From Chromera velia (taxonomy: Eukaryota), in contig JAHBMJ010000066.1 of NCBI GenBank assembly GCA_018398765.1, positions 1 through 57,903 of the forward strand: DNA of 57,903 nucleotides, given 5' to 3'. A model generated the notes under the pieces. The model did not search any database and had not been told where the DNA came from. It worked only from the letters and a program-made list of their open reading frames with translations. Each line of letters begins with the position of its first letter. The first letter of the stretch is position 1. A program made the position numbers and the translations under genes. This document shows, piece after piece, positions 31,475 to 42,020 of this stretch.

Positions 31475-32010
31475 CCCTTCTTTGCCTGCCTAGCTGCCTT
31501 GCGGTGAGAATGACAGACAGCTCAAACCAGAAAACCAACAGGCGCAAACGGGAAGCGCCCCACCAAAGACCAAAACGAAAAGACAGTCTCAGCTCTCATC
31601 GGCAGGAGCTTAATTCAGGAAATTTCGGTCAAGCTCCACAGATCCTTCCTTTCTAAACTCGGTCAGGAGACCCACGTACAGTGCCAAGTTGCGTGCACGA
31701 GATGCGAAGCTGGGTCAGAGGAAGACTCAAGTATACTCAAGTCATCTCGTGCAGAAGCTCGATCTATATAGCTGGCAAAAAGAATTGTCTCGCGCTTGCT
31801 GGCATGCATGACCGATTCTGACCCACGCGCGCGCGATCGAAGCGTGCGCGAATGCATGGCCCGCGAAAAGTGAGTGAATTTTGGGCGCGCTTTCCGGCCC
31901 GTACTAATTTACTGTCGATCTTGCACAGACAACGTACGTTTAGACTCACACTCCCGTTGCTCCCGCAGAAGGAAGCTTGTTGTCAAGCAGCAGGAGGGAG
32001 GTCATGTGAT
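31475..32010. promoter_or_regulatory. Putative bidirectional promoter/5'UTR region between ELP3 and the Cys-rich gene
   Basis: Divergent start codons about 540 bp apart, CTATATAG at about 31764, and CGCGCG-rich patches at 31825-31890. Confidence 0.5.
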
Positions 32011-32853
32011 ATGACTTACACCGTTCATTTCGCTTTTGTTGTGCTGGGATTGGTCGCCACTGGCAGGGCAGCAAAGTCGTGCCTGGGGAAGACCCCTTCC
32101 TTCTCAGCCCAGTGCGCGACAATCACGAACGAGACGGAGTGCGATGCGCAGATCGCTTGCGTGTGGGGGGAGGGCCAAGACGAGCGTCAGTGGTTCGACA
32201 GCATCGCGAACGCCGTCGAGGCCTGCGAGATCGCGCAGCCAGCCCTTCCGGCTTCCGTCTCCCTGACTCCCGTCTCCGCCGTCTCCATGCACGACCACCA
32301 GCTTGCAAGCGGCCCAACAGCCCTCAACGATATCATCGACGCGTGGGGAAAGAAGTTCGTCGAATTCCCGGCGATTGAAGTCGCAGAGAAACTGCACTTT
32401 GTCTTCGATGTGGAATCGCAAGACTACAGAGTCTTCCACGACGTCATCACGTCCCCTACCTCCTCTGCTGACATCATTGCCATTGCGGGCCGCAACTTCG
32501 GGGGCACCGTCTCCCTTGCCGTCATCCAGGCGCACGCCTCCACCCAGGTGACGACATACGTTCCTGGCCTGCACTGCGGACACGGAGCTGGGATTTGTTA
32601 CTGGCCGTGGGAATGCTGTATGGACGAGGGAAAGAAAACCTACTGCCCCAATGGCCACGGGTGCTACTGGTGCGGCAGGAGCGCCACGCCTGTGCACGCC
32701 GATTGCTCGAAGATTCAGGTTTCGCGTGGACTGTTGGGGGAAGAGGCGGCCGCCATCTTTGCGACATTGCAGCACTCGGTAAGGGACAAGATGCGAGGTG
32801 AATTGGCATTAATGAAGAATGAGCTTCTCCCGGAGAGAGCAGAAACAGCCTGA
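32011..32853 (+). CDS. Intronless secreted cysteine-rich protein of unknown function (280 aa)
   Basis: Single ORF with many C/G-ending codons. Signal peptide MTYTVHFAFVVLGLVATGRAA. N-terminal four-Cys module (SCLGK...CATITNETECDAQIACVW) and a C-terminal Cys cluster (CGHGAGICYWPWECC...YCPNGHGCYWC...C). Confidence 0.8.
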   Translation: MTYTVHFAFVVLGLVATGRAAKSCLGKTPSFSAQCATITNETECDAQIACVWGEGQDERQWFDSIANAVEACEIAQPALPASVSLTPVSAVSMHDHQLASGPTALNDIIDAWGKKFVEFPAIEVAEKLHFVFDVESQDYRVFHDVITSPTSSADIIAIAGRNFGGTVSLAVIQAHASTQVTTYVPGLHCGHGAGICYWPWECCMDEGKKTYCPNGHGCYWCGRSATPVHADCSKIQVSRGLLGEEAAAIFATLQHSVRDKMRGELALMKNELLPERAETA

Positions 32854-33209
32854 AGGCCTTTCTGGCCTAGGAGATCGAACGGAGGGCAGCAACTCACTCG
32901 TATCTGTCGCAGGAAGGAATCCCCATGCACTGGCAGTCTCGTCCGGTAGGTCGCCCGTCAACAATTTACGCAGTACCGTGATCAAGAAGATCCCTTGCGT
33001 CAGGACCGTGAATCAGCCTTTCCTTGCATCCTCGGAAAATGACCTCATGCAATCAAGATGCATGTGCACACCCTTTTCTTTAAACTTTCGATAAAGAAGA
33101 TCCCTTAATTGCGCCAGGACCCAAGGGCCCAATTACGTACAGTGCCCAATTACCGTGTAATTACATTACGCCAGTCATTTACGTCAGTACCGTGATAAAG
33201 ACAAAGAAG

Positions 33210-33312
33210 ATCCCTCTCTCCGCCTCTTTTTCTCTTTCTCTCTTTCCCTCTCTGCCCCTGTCTGTGTGCCTGTCTGCCTTTCTGGCTGGCTCTCCTTGTT
33301 TCTCTCTCTGTT

Positions 33313-33348
<36 letters not shown>

Positions 33349-33500
33349 TCTCTCTCTGCTAAGCCTGCTCTCTCTCTCTCTCCCTCTCCCTCCCTCCCTT
33401 CCTCCCTCTCTCCCGCTCTCTCTCTCCCTCCCTCCCTCCCTCCCTCACTCACTCCCTCCCTCCTTCCCTCTCCCTCCCTCTCCCTCCCTCTCTCTCTCTC

Positions 33501-33542
<42 letters not shown>

Positions 33543-33600
33543 CCCTTCTCTGTGTGTGTGTCTCTGTCCGTGTCTCTCTCTCTCTCTCTCTCCCTGTCTG

Positions 33601-33645
<45 letters not shown>

Positions 33646-33724
33646 CCCTCTCTCTCTCTCTCTCTCTCTCCCTCTCTCTCTCTCTTTTTTTTTTTTCTGT
33701 CTGTCTCTGTCTCTGTCTCTGTCA

Positions 33725-33755
<31 letters not shown>

Positions 33756-33853
33756 TGTGTGTCTCTGTTTCTGTCTTTGTCTCTCTTTCTTCCTCTTTCT
33801 CTCTGTCTCTGTCTCTGTCAGTCTCTCTGTCTTTTTCTGTCTTTGTCTGTCTG

Positions 33854-33892
<39 letters not shown>

Positions 33893-33940
33893 TAAATCTG
33901 CTTCGCTTCTTCTCTCTTTCTCTGTCTGTCTCTCTCACAC
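33210..33940. repeat. Long intergenic (CT)n/(CTGT)n microsatellite tract
   Basis: About 730 bp of pyrimidine-rich simple repeats. Confidence 0.95.
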
Positions 33941-34366
33941 ACCCTCTTATACGTTTATTGATGTACATTATGCTGGCTTTATCATCTACAAGATTTTAGA
34001 GCGAATTCAAGTTTGGTATGTATTACTTGTTCGATTTTTCGATTTTTAGGCCTAGACTCTGAAACTATCTTTTCACTACTTTTAACTACAAACTCACAGG
34101 TCTACTTTTACTGTTCTAGTACAACCAGCTAGTGTTCATGCAAACTAGTAGCAAGAATGCCTAACTACATGCATTTATGGAACCTTTTTTTATGGAACCT
34201 AGGAATTCTTTAAAAAAAAAAAAATCTCACATAATGCAGGTTATCAGAACAGCTGCATAGAGTAGCATGCAGCCGCATTTTCAAGCTTTTACACGCATGT
34301 TTTTTTGTCGCATCCATATACTTTGCACCGAAGTTTTGTGACGGCTAGTAATGGCTAGTGATGGGC

Positions 34367-35004
34367 AATCAGGTTGGGCCTTAATTATTGAGAGTTCAGT
34401 TCTCCAAATAAGGAACAATTGCTTTATGTCACTTAGTGTTACTTAAAGGTTTCTCGTGACCAATCGGCTAGGTTACAGCTGCATGTTGGGCTCTAATTGT
34501 TGAGGGTTCAGTCGTACGGCCAAATAGAGTAGAATTGCTTTGCACTAATCACTAATCAGGTTACAGCTGCATGTTGGGCCCTAATTATTGAGGGTTCAGT
34601 CGTCCAAATGGGGCAGAATTGCTTTACACTAATCGCCAATCAGGTTACAGCTGCATGTTGGGCTCTAATTGTTAAGGGTTCAGTCGTCCAAATGGGGCAG
34701 AATTGCTTTATACTAATCGCCAATCAGGTTACAGCTGCATGTTGGGCTCTAATTGTTGAGGGTTCAGTCATCCAAATGGGGCAGAATTGCTTTACACTAA
34801 TCGCCAATCAGGTTACAGCTGCATGTTGGGCTCTAATTGTTGAGGGTTCAGTCGTACGTCCAAATGGAGCAGAATTGCTTTGCACTAATCGCCAATCAGG
34901 TTACAGCTGCATGTTGGGCCCTAATTGTTGAGGGTTCAGTCATCCAAGTGGGGCAGAATTGCTTTGTACTAATCGCCAATCAGGTTACAGCTGCATGTTG
35001 GGCC
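34367..35004. repeat. 84/88-bp tandem minisatellite, about 7 copies
   Basis: Unit AATCAGGTTACAGCTGCATGTTGGGCYCTAATTGTTGAGGGTTCAGTCRTCCAAATGGGGCAGAATTGCTTTRYACTAATCGCC. Copies start at about 34466, 34554, 34638, 34722, 34806, 34894 and 34978 (partial), with a degenerate copy at 34367. Confidence 0.95.
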
Positions 35005-35269
35005 ATCATATAAGTGACCCGTCTCCATCACGTCGCACCCCGCAGCGACACCCCTCCATAGACCGTATCGCTTGGCTCCGGCTGAACCTTAGTTCCGGAC
35101 TCCGCTTCGCTCCGCCGGAACTGCCACTACAGCCGGCAGTTTTCTTGTTGTTAATTTCCACTCGAGAGATTTTTTCCAGAAGGGGTGGGCTACTAGCTTT
35201 ACGGACACGGTCGAGCGGCCCACGGCGTCAGACAGGGAGCCTTCGTTGAAATGAAAGTCGGGTTCGTGT

Positions 35270-38106
35270 ATGAAACAGGCGAAACCACGAAAGGCCAGTA
35301 CTTTCATTCATGACGGGATGCTCTCAACCCTTGCGAATGGTCGCAGTGGCGTTTTTGTGTCCATTGTGCCCCCAGAGGCGCAGGAAACTCTAAGCTGTTG
35401 TTTGCAACACGCGGAAAACGTAGCCGTCTCCTGTGGAGGGGCCGTCTCCTCTAATGAGGGCGACACGTGCAAGGCGGGGGAAACTTCCGCAGAGAATTGG
35501 ACAGCCGGCTGCGATAGACGAAAAATGTTTTCCCTCTTCATCACTCCAACCCGACCCCACGCCTTCACTTTGAACGACAGCGCAGCCACGGTGCCTCTGT
35601 CAACCCTTTTGCTGGTGGGTGCTAACAAGGGGACGGCAAAGAAACAGCAAGAGGCTCTGCAGTCGGCGTTAATCAACCCTCCTGACGCTGTGATTGGAAC
35701 TCCAGGAAGACTCGCGCAATGCATTCGGGTGCGCAGTCTGGGGAGGGGGGGAGAGAAAAGAGGACTGCGAATTCAGATTCCTTCCCGACTTCAGTCCTAG
35801 CATCCTTTTCTTCCGATCTGCCTGTCTGTCTGGCCGCTCACTGTCCGATTCGATGACCAAAAAAAAAAGATTCTTTAGGCACCTATATACAAGCCTCACT
35901 GCCCTTCTACCGAATTGCCTGTCTCCTGTCTTCTTTTCTGAGGGGTGCGTGCGTGATGGACGGTCCGAAGTTTTCTTGTCTCTCGGCCCATCGCTGTGCC
36001 TGCCTGCCAGATCCCAAAGGGGATTCAGAAAAGGGGAAAATGACGTTCTACCTGATTTTCCTTTTCTTGTTTGCTTGGTGCAGGAGGGTCTGCTCTCTCT
36101 TGACAGGTGTGCTTTCGTGGTTTTTGCAAATGCGGAACTTTTGTTGTCCAAACCTGCGAACCTGGAGCATCTGCGCACGATCCTGGAAAGCACCAAGGAT
36201 GGACAAATAGCGGTTCTGATAGATGAGCGTGTGGAGGGAGAGGTAGACGTGGAGGAGGGAAAGGAGATGGCACAAATGGGACAAAGGGAGGAGGAAGAGG
36301 GAGGCTTAAAAGAAGGAGGTTATGGGCTTTTAGGGGGTAAGGGGGGGAACGTGGCGGGTCGGCCGGGCGGTCGCTGGGGTCCGTTGGTGGAAGAATTGAT
36401 GGGGGCAGTTGCAGGGGGCATGGAGAAGGGTAGGGGCCCACTGATCTGGTTCTGTGGGGGGATATGCGGGGAAGGAGAGAGGCGAAGAGGGATGCATACG
36501 GGTGGAGCGCCGGCGGAGGAAAAAGAAGAAAAAGAAAAGGGCTGCTGGGGGTCCTCCTTGGCACGGGTGCAGGAATCTATTCGGGAGGGAAGAATGTCCT
36601 TTGTGTTTCAAAAAATTACTTCGGTTAGTCGTCTCCTCACGTGACTTTTCTTTGGTTTGGACCTTTCCTTCCTTCATCGTCTTTCTTCGCTTTGCGAGCC
36701 TGTGTAACGATGTATGCAAAAGCTCTACCTGTCTGTCTTTCTGCCTGCCTGCCTGCCTGCCTCTCTGTACGCTGAAGTCATGCCGCAGAATGTGCGGAAA
36801 GTGACACTGTTTGGTTTCACGAAAAGGTGTGGTGGTCGACACTGGGTTGGATGAAAGGGCGGGTGGGTGGGTGGGTGAGTAGGGACGTACAAAACTGAGG
36901 CAGGCAGGCACACTGATTGACTGGCCGGCAGAAAGAAATAAGTGCAGATCGGGGGATGATCAGATTCGCAGATAAAACCTTGAGCAGACAAAGCGGCCGA
37001 CACGATTTCCGCTCCGCATGCACTCACTCACTGACTCACTCAATCGACCGATCAATCGAGCCTGGCTGTCTGCCCGCGTGATTGCATGCCGAGAGAGCTG
37101 CAGGGAGAGTGGGCGTCCAAGGAAAGAAGTCTGACCGGCTTTTGTGCCTTTCTTCTGCTGTCTCAAGAACGAGAAGCTACAGCTGCTGCCAAGAAGAAGA
37201 AAAGGCAGAAAGTGGCGGATGGGCAACAACCAATGAGGCTGATTGTGATCTGCAGGTAGGCGAGTTGGTCTCGCTGTCTTTGTTTGTCTCAGGGAGGCGT
37301 CCCAAACCGGGAGAGAGACAGAGAGAGAGGGAGGGAGGGAGAGGGAGAGAGAGAGAGAGAAAGATAGGAAGGAAGAAAGGAAGAAGGAAAGAAAGAGTCA
37401 TGCAGTGTGTCTCTCTCATCTTCTTGTCTTTCTGCCTGTCTCCCTGACTGCCTGCGCGCCTGTTTCTCTGCCTCTCGGTGTCTGTCCCCATGTGAATGAC
37501 ATCCAAGTGCAAAATCATGATTGGTTGATTGATGGATTGATTGGTTGATTGAATGAATGAATGAATGTATGAATGAATGAATGAATGAACGAGTCAAATG
37601 GAAGGCGGGGGGGAAACAAGACTCGACTCATGTAGTCTCCCAGTGCAAACACAAACACGAAACGCTTCAGTTTACAAGCGGTCTGATTGATTCTGCATGA
37701 GTGAGTCTGTCCTCTCTTCTTTCTCTTGCTTGCTTGCATGTTCTGATCATCTGTTCGTCTCCGACCGACCGGTCCTTTGGAAGGTCCGTGGAAGGTCAGT
37801 CCCTCCCTCCCTCCCTCCCTCCCTCCCTCCCAAGCTAGAATAAAAGACAGACAGGCCATGCAGGGGTATCAATCGACCTGATTGAGTGCATGTATGTATA
37901 TGTGTATACGTGCATGCATCCATGCGGAATGAATTTCATTTACTCTTCTGTTGATCCTTCTTTCAATGGAAGGCACCTACAATCAATCAATCAATCAATC
38001 AATCACTCAATCAATCAGTTCGATCGTGCGCTGCTTCCTGGCTGAAAAAAGGGAAAAAACGAAAGGGTGCGCATCCTTTTGGTCATGAACAGACAAGCAA
38101 GATGAG

Positions 38107-38139
<33 letters not shown>

Positions 38140-38148
38140 AACAGACAA

Positions 38149-38179
<31 letters not shown>

Positions 38180-40480
38180 AACAAACAAAAAGAGAGACGG
38201 TCAAACAAGCTTACAAGGAGCGAGATATCCAGGCAGGCAGCCAAACAGTAGACCGTCAACTGAAATTAAATTCAGCCTGCATGAGGAGGTCTGCATGAGG
38301 GTGTTCATCGACCGCTCTCTCCCTCCTCCCTCCCTCTTCGTGTCTGTCCGTTCAGAAAGAAAAAAACAGAAGTTTCACAGCCTTTCTGTCTGTCTAGTCC
38401 ACCGGCTTTGGTTTAGAGTCAACGGAACGAAAGGAAAAATGGAGAAGAAGCGAGAGAAGAGAGAAGAGAACAAACCTTTAGTCTATCTGTCAGTCTGTCT
38501 GTCCTTGTCATTGCACTTCTACGTGTAAAGCTCTGTTTTGTCGGTCAATCCTGCTTATCAAACCCTTTGTCTTCAATTTGTCTTGTCTGGTCTGTTTTGG
38601 AGATGATCCTGAATAGGTGCAGCGGCACTAACTCCATCTGTCTCTTGCCGGCTTTCCTCCTGCAGGCCCGCCTCGATCAGCGACTGCATTCATTGAATTG
38701 ATTTTGTCAGTCGATTCATTCCATCTGTTCCTCTGTTTGCGCTGCCTTCATTTCTTTCCTTTCTTCTGCAGACGTTGGCCGTCTTCGTTCTCTTCTCATC
38801 GACATCGCGCAAGCTCCTGAGATGTTTTTGCCTCTGTCGAGGGATCCCCATTCCTTTTCTTCTCTGGTTGCTCAGTTTGTTCCGCCTCAGCTCCAGTCTT
38901 CATTTGTGCCTCCAGATCCTGAAGGGACGGAAGGCACCGAGGCAGCAGAGGATAAGTCCTTCGTATCATTCGAAAGGGCCGAGGGGGGCAGTGTGGAAGT
39001 TTCCTGGGTTGGGTGGGAAAGGGGAGAGCAGGTGAATGGCGCAGAGGAAAAGGAAAAGGGAGGGGAAAGGGTGTTGAGTGCGAAAGAAGAGGGGGGAGAG
39101 GCTGAAGCTTCATGCTCGTCTAATCAAAAAAGAAAAGCGGGTCTGCAGATCACTCTCGCTACAGACAGTCAGATCATCCGTTGGTTGCGGGAACAAAAGG
39201 ACAGAGAAGATGTAGAGGAGAAGCGCAAATTTATGCAGAGAAGAGAGAGGGAGGGGAACGATTCGATTGAGGCAGAGAAGAGCGAAGAAGAACAATCAAA
39301 GAAAAGGTCTCATTCCCATTTTCCGACAGCAGAACTAAAAGATATCGAAGACCCTCAAGGCCCCTCGAGCAGCGCTTCTTCCTTCACTTTTGCCCTCAGA
39401 CCACAAAGAAGAAACGAGACAGGAGAGGCACAAGCCTCCTGGCTAGGAGACTCAGCCACGAGAGAAGAAACGAAAAGCTTATATGAAAGCTTCATTGGGA
39501 AAGACGAAAAAGAAACAGAGGAGAGCATTGCTTCAGGCCAAGAGAGGAGTAGGAGGGGAAGCGCAAGGACGGAAAGGACAGACCCCCAAGCAGAAGAATT
39601 CCGAGAACGGTCTCCCATGAAGGAGAGACTTTTTGACCACGTAAGAAAGACTAATTGATTCTTGTGCATGGATCCTTCTTCCTTCCTTCCAAAAGATTTG
39701 ACCACTTCGAGCTTCAGAAAAGGAGGAAGAAAGGCAGGAGCATGGAAAGAGACAGAAGCAGATTCAAAGCATCATCTTTGCTTTGTCTCTCAGCTCATGA
39801 CAAGATTAGGTGAAAAGGCCAAGGCCACTGTGGGTAGTCTGTTTGCCCGTCCGTGCCCGTTTGTCTCTTTCTTTCTGTCCCTGGTTTTTCTTTTCATTCC
39901 ATGTGTTGTCTTCACCATGGGCCAGCTGCATGCGCCCTTCTGTTCAAATAGCTCTTCATCAGTGAAAGGGGAGGAGAACACAAGAAAAGACTGTTCTGAT
40001 GAACGCACTGTTTGTCGTTCTCCTTTTGCTTTCTTTCTCTGTGGTTGGGCGTCCGCACGTGTTTCCTCAATTGACTCCCTCCCTCCCTCCCTCCCTGTCT
40101 GCGTTCCTGCAGGCTGTTCACTGGGACATCCCGAATTTCTTTCCCCACTTTCTGGATCGACTCCGACTCCTCAGACGTCCCTGCAGTGACTCGAATCGGA
40201 TGGAGGACAGAGCGGCGAGTCCAGAGCCTGCCGAGCTAATATCTTCATCTGGAGGGAAGAGTCTGCACAGGTTGCAGAGGGGGATAAATTCGTTCGATGA
40301 GGCAGCAACAAAGAGTGGAAGGGAGGGAGAGGGACCGAAAGAAGAGAGAGGGGTGTGTGTGGAGACCTCCGGTTCTGCAGCCACTGCAACGGCTCTCTCA
40401 GTCTGCTTCATCGACCTGCGAAGGCTCACGTACAGTCACGAAATAGAGAGGGTCTGTCGGTTTCTCGCTCTAGCTCTCTT

Positions 40481-40536
<56 letters not shown>

Positions 40537-40778
40537 TGTCTGTCTGTCTGTCTGTCTAGAATAAAAGAAAGAGGGGGTAGAAGAAACATTTAGTCTCTTT
40601 ATCTCCTGTTTCTCTCTGTCGCTTTGCGCGTCGACTCATGTCTGTCTCTGTCAAATTAATTTTCTGCAAACATCATTTCCTCAAACCTCTCTTCTGTTGC
40701 TGTCAAATCTTTCCTCCTTCAGCCCGGAGTTTTCCTATTTTTGCTTTTTTTTGTTGTTCCAGAACTCTCCGCTGGACC

Positions 40779-40813
<35 letters not shown>

Positions 40814-42020
40814 GTCCGGATCCATCCATCCATCCGTTGTGCATGACAGCAGCACCCGCCCTTGCCCCACCCGATCTGCATCCGTTCTTTACTTCTCCTA
40901 GCCTCCTAATCGTATGTCTGCGCTCGTAGTCGACTGTTCTTCTGAAGTTGCATGAGCATGCTGTGTGGATTTGGTTCTTGCTCCTGTGTGATTTGCATTT
41001 AGTCCCCTTTCGCCTTCCCTTCTCTCTCTCTTTTTTCTGTCTCTCTCTCAGCTTCTTCAGAAATGCGATCGAGAAGTCCCTCCCTGGCTCGCTTCCTCCC
41101 CTGCCTCTGCCCCTGCCTCTGCCTCCTTGCGGTCTAAGGACAGAGCCGATGCCGTCGGCCTCCGAGGGCAGAGAGACGCCTCATCCGTCTGTGCTTCTTC
41201 TTCGTCTCGCCGTACTATCACGGCAATAGGGGGGCAGTCGGAGACGGAGATGGGAGGTTTGGTCCCTCGTGGGGTTGTCAATGAGGAAAATTCGCAGAGG
41301 GGAGGAGGAGGAGCGGTGCAGTCTGAGAGTCCGCCTCGGCCTGCTGTTAGTGTGAGTGAGGGTGGGGGGCTCTTAAGCAGCGAAGAGTTTTCGTCTGCTG
41401 CCGCTGGAGCTGCGGGTGCCTTGACCGGTCATGGGAGGACGAGAGGGGAGTGGCTGTGGAAGGGGGGGGAGACGGCACTGAAGGGGGAACCCTCGCTGGT
41501 GGCCGTGCTGGAGAATCCGTCGTCCCCTGTGAATGTGGGCACGGTGATGCGGAATGTGGATGCACTGGGGGTGGGGGCTCTGTTGGTCGTGGGAGCTCCA
41601 GAAGGGGTGATGGACCTCCGGGCCTTGTTGGGGTTGTCTGCGAGTGCGGTCAGGTGGGTCCCTGTGGGCACTTTCGAGAATTGCGAAGACTGCGTGCGAG
41701 TTCTCCGGGAAAGGGAATATGTTTCAGTTGCGACGTCACCGCACGTAAAGGGGCGTGTGAATGTTGCCTTGGAAGATAAAAAGGCAGAAACTATTTTTGG
41801 TGTCGATGCAATACCTCGTCTTGCAGTTTGGTTTGGAAACGAACAGAAAGGCCTGAGTGCGGAATCAATTTCAGCGTCATCCTTCTGCCTTCAGATTGAA
41901 ATGAGGGGGCATGTTGAGAGTCTGAATTTGGCCGTGTGTTCAGGAATCGTTCTGTGGAGACTTGCAGCAATCCGGTACGGAAACGTGACCTGCGCAGGTG
42001 ACCGTGGTCGATTGAAATAA
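35270..42020 (+). CDS. Fusion of a degenerate DEAD-box helicase and a SpoU/TrmH-family RNA 2'-O-methyltransferase (1112 aa)
   Basis: Exons 35270-35728, 36084-36623, 37104-37255, 37784-37794, 38772-39640, 40113-40451 and 41052-42020, total 3339 nt and in frame. Helicase-like landmarks appear in the correct order (ITPTR, IGTPGRL, LIVICRSVEDVGRL, LATD, VHWDIP, EVPPWL). SPOUT motifs NVGTVMRN, VWFGNEQKG and IEMRGHVESLNLAV are intact. Confidence 0.8.

Noticed and set aside
31852..32010. Upstream in-frame ATG extending the Cys-rich protein to 333 aa
   Set aside because: The extension lies in promoter-like sequence and would bury the clear signal peptide starting at 32011. It is not strictly excluded.
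33150..34049. ORFs rich in ER or SL dipeptides
   Set aside because: Translations of the (CT)n microsatellite.
34367..35004. Possible CRISPR array or 28-aa repeat protein (ORF 34608-34931)
   Set aside because: Units are contiguous with no unique spacers, there are no cas genes and the context is eukaryotic. The 88-bp units break the reading frame.
41127..42020. SpoU methyltransferase as a stand-alone gene
   Set aside because: The ORF starts at TTG and stays open back to an acceptor at 41051. The added residues (EVPPWL) continue the upstream helicase-like sequence in phase.
23827..42020. Functional cluster of RNA-modification genes (ELP3 and SpoU)
   Set aside because: The genes are separated by an unrelated gene and repeats, and proximity alone in a eukaryotic genome is not evidence of a shared pathway.
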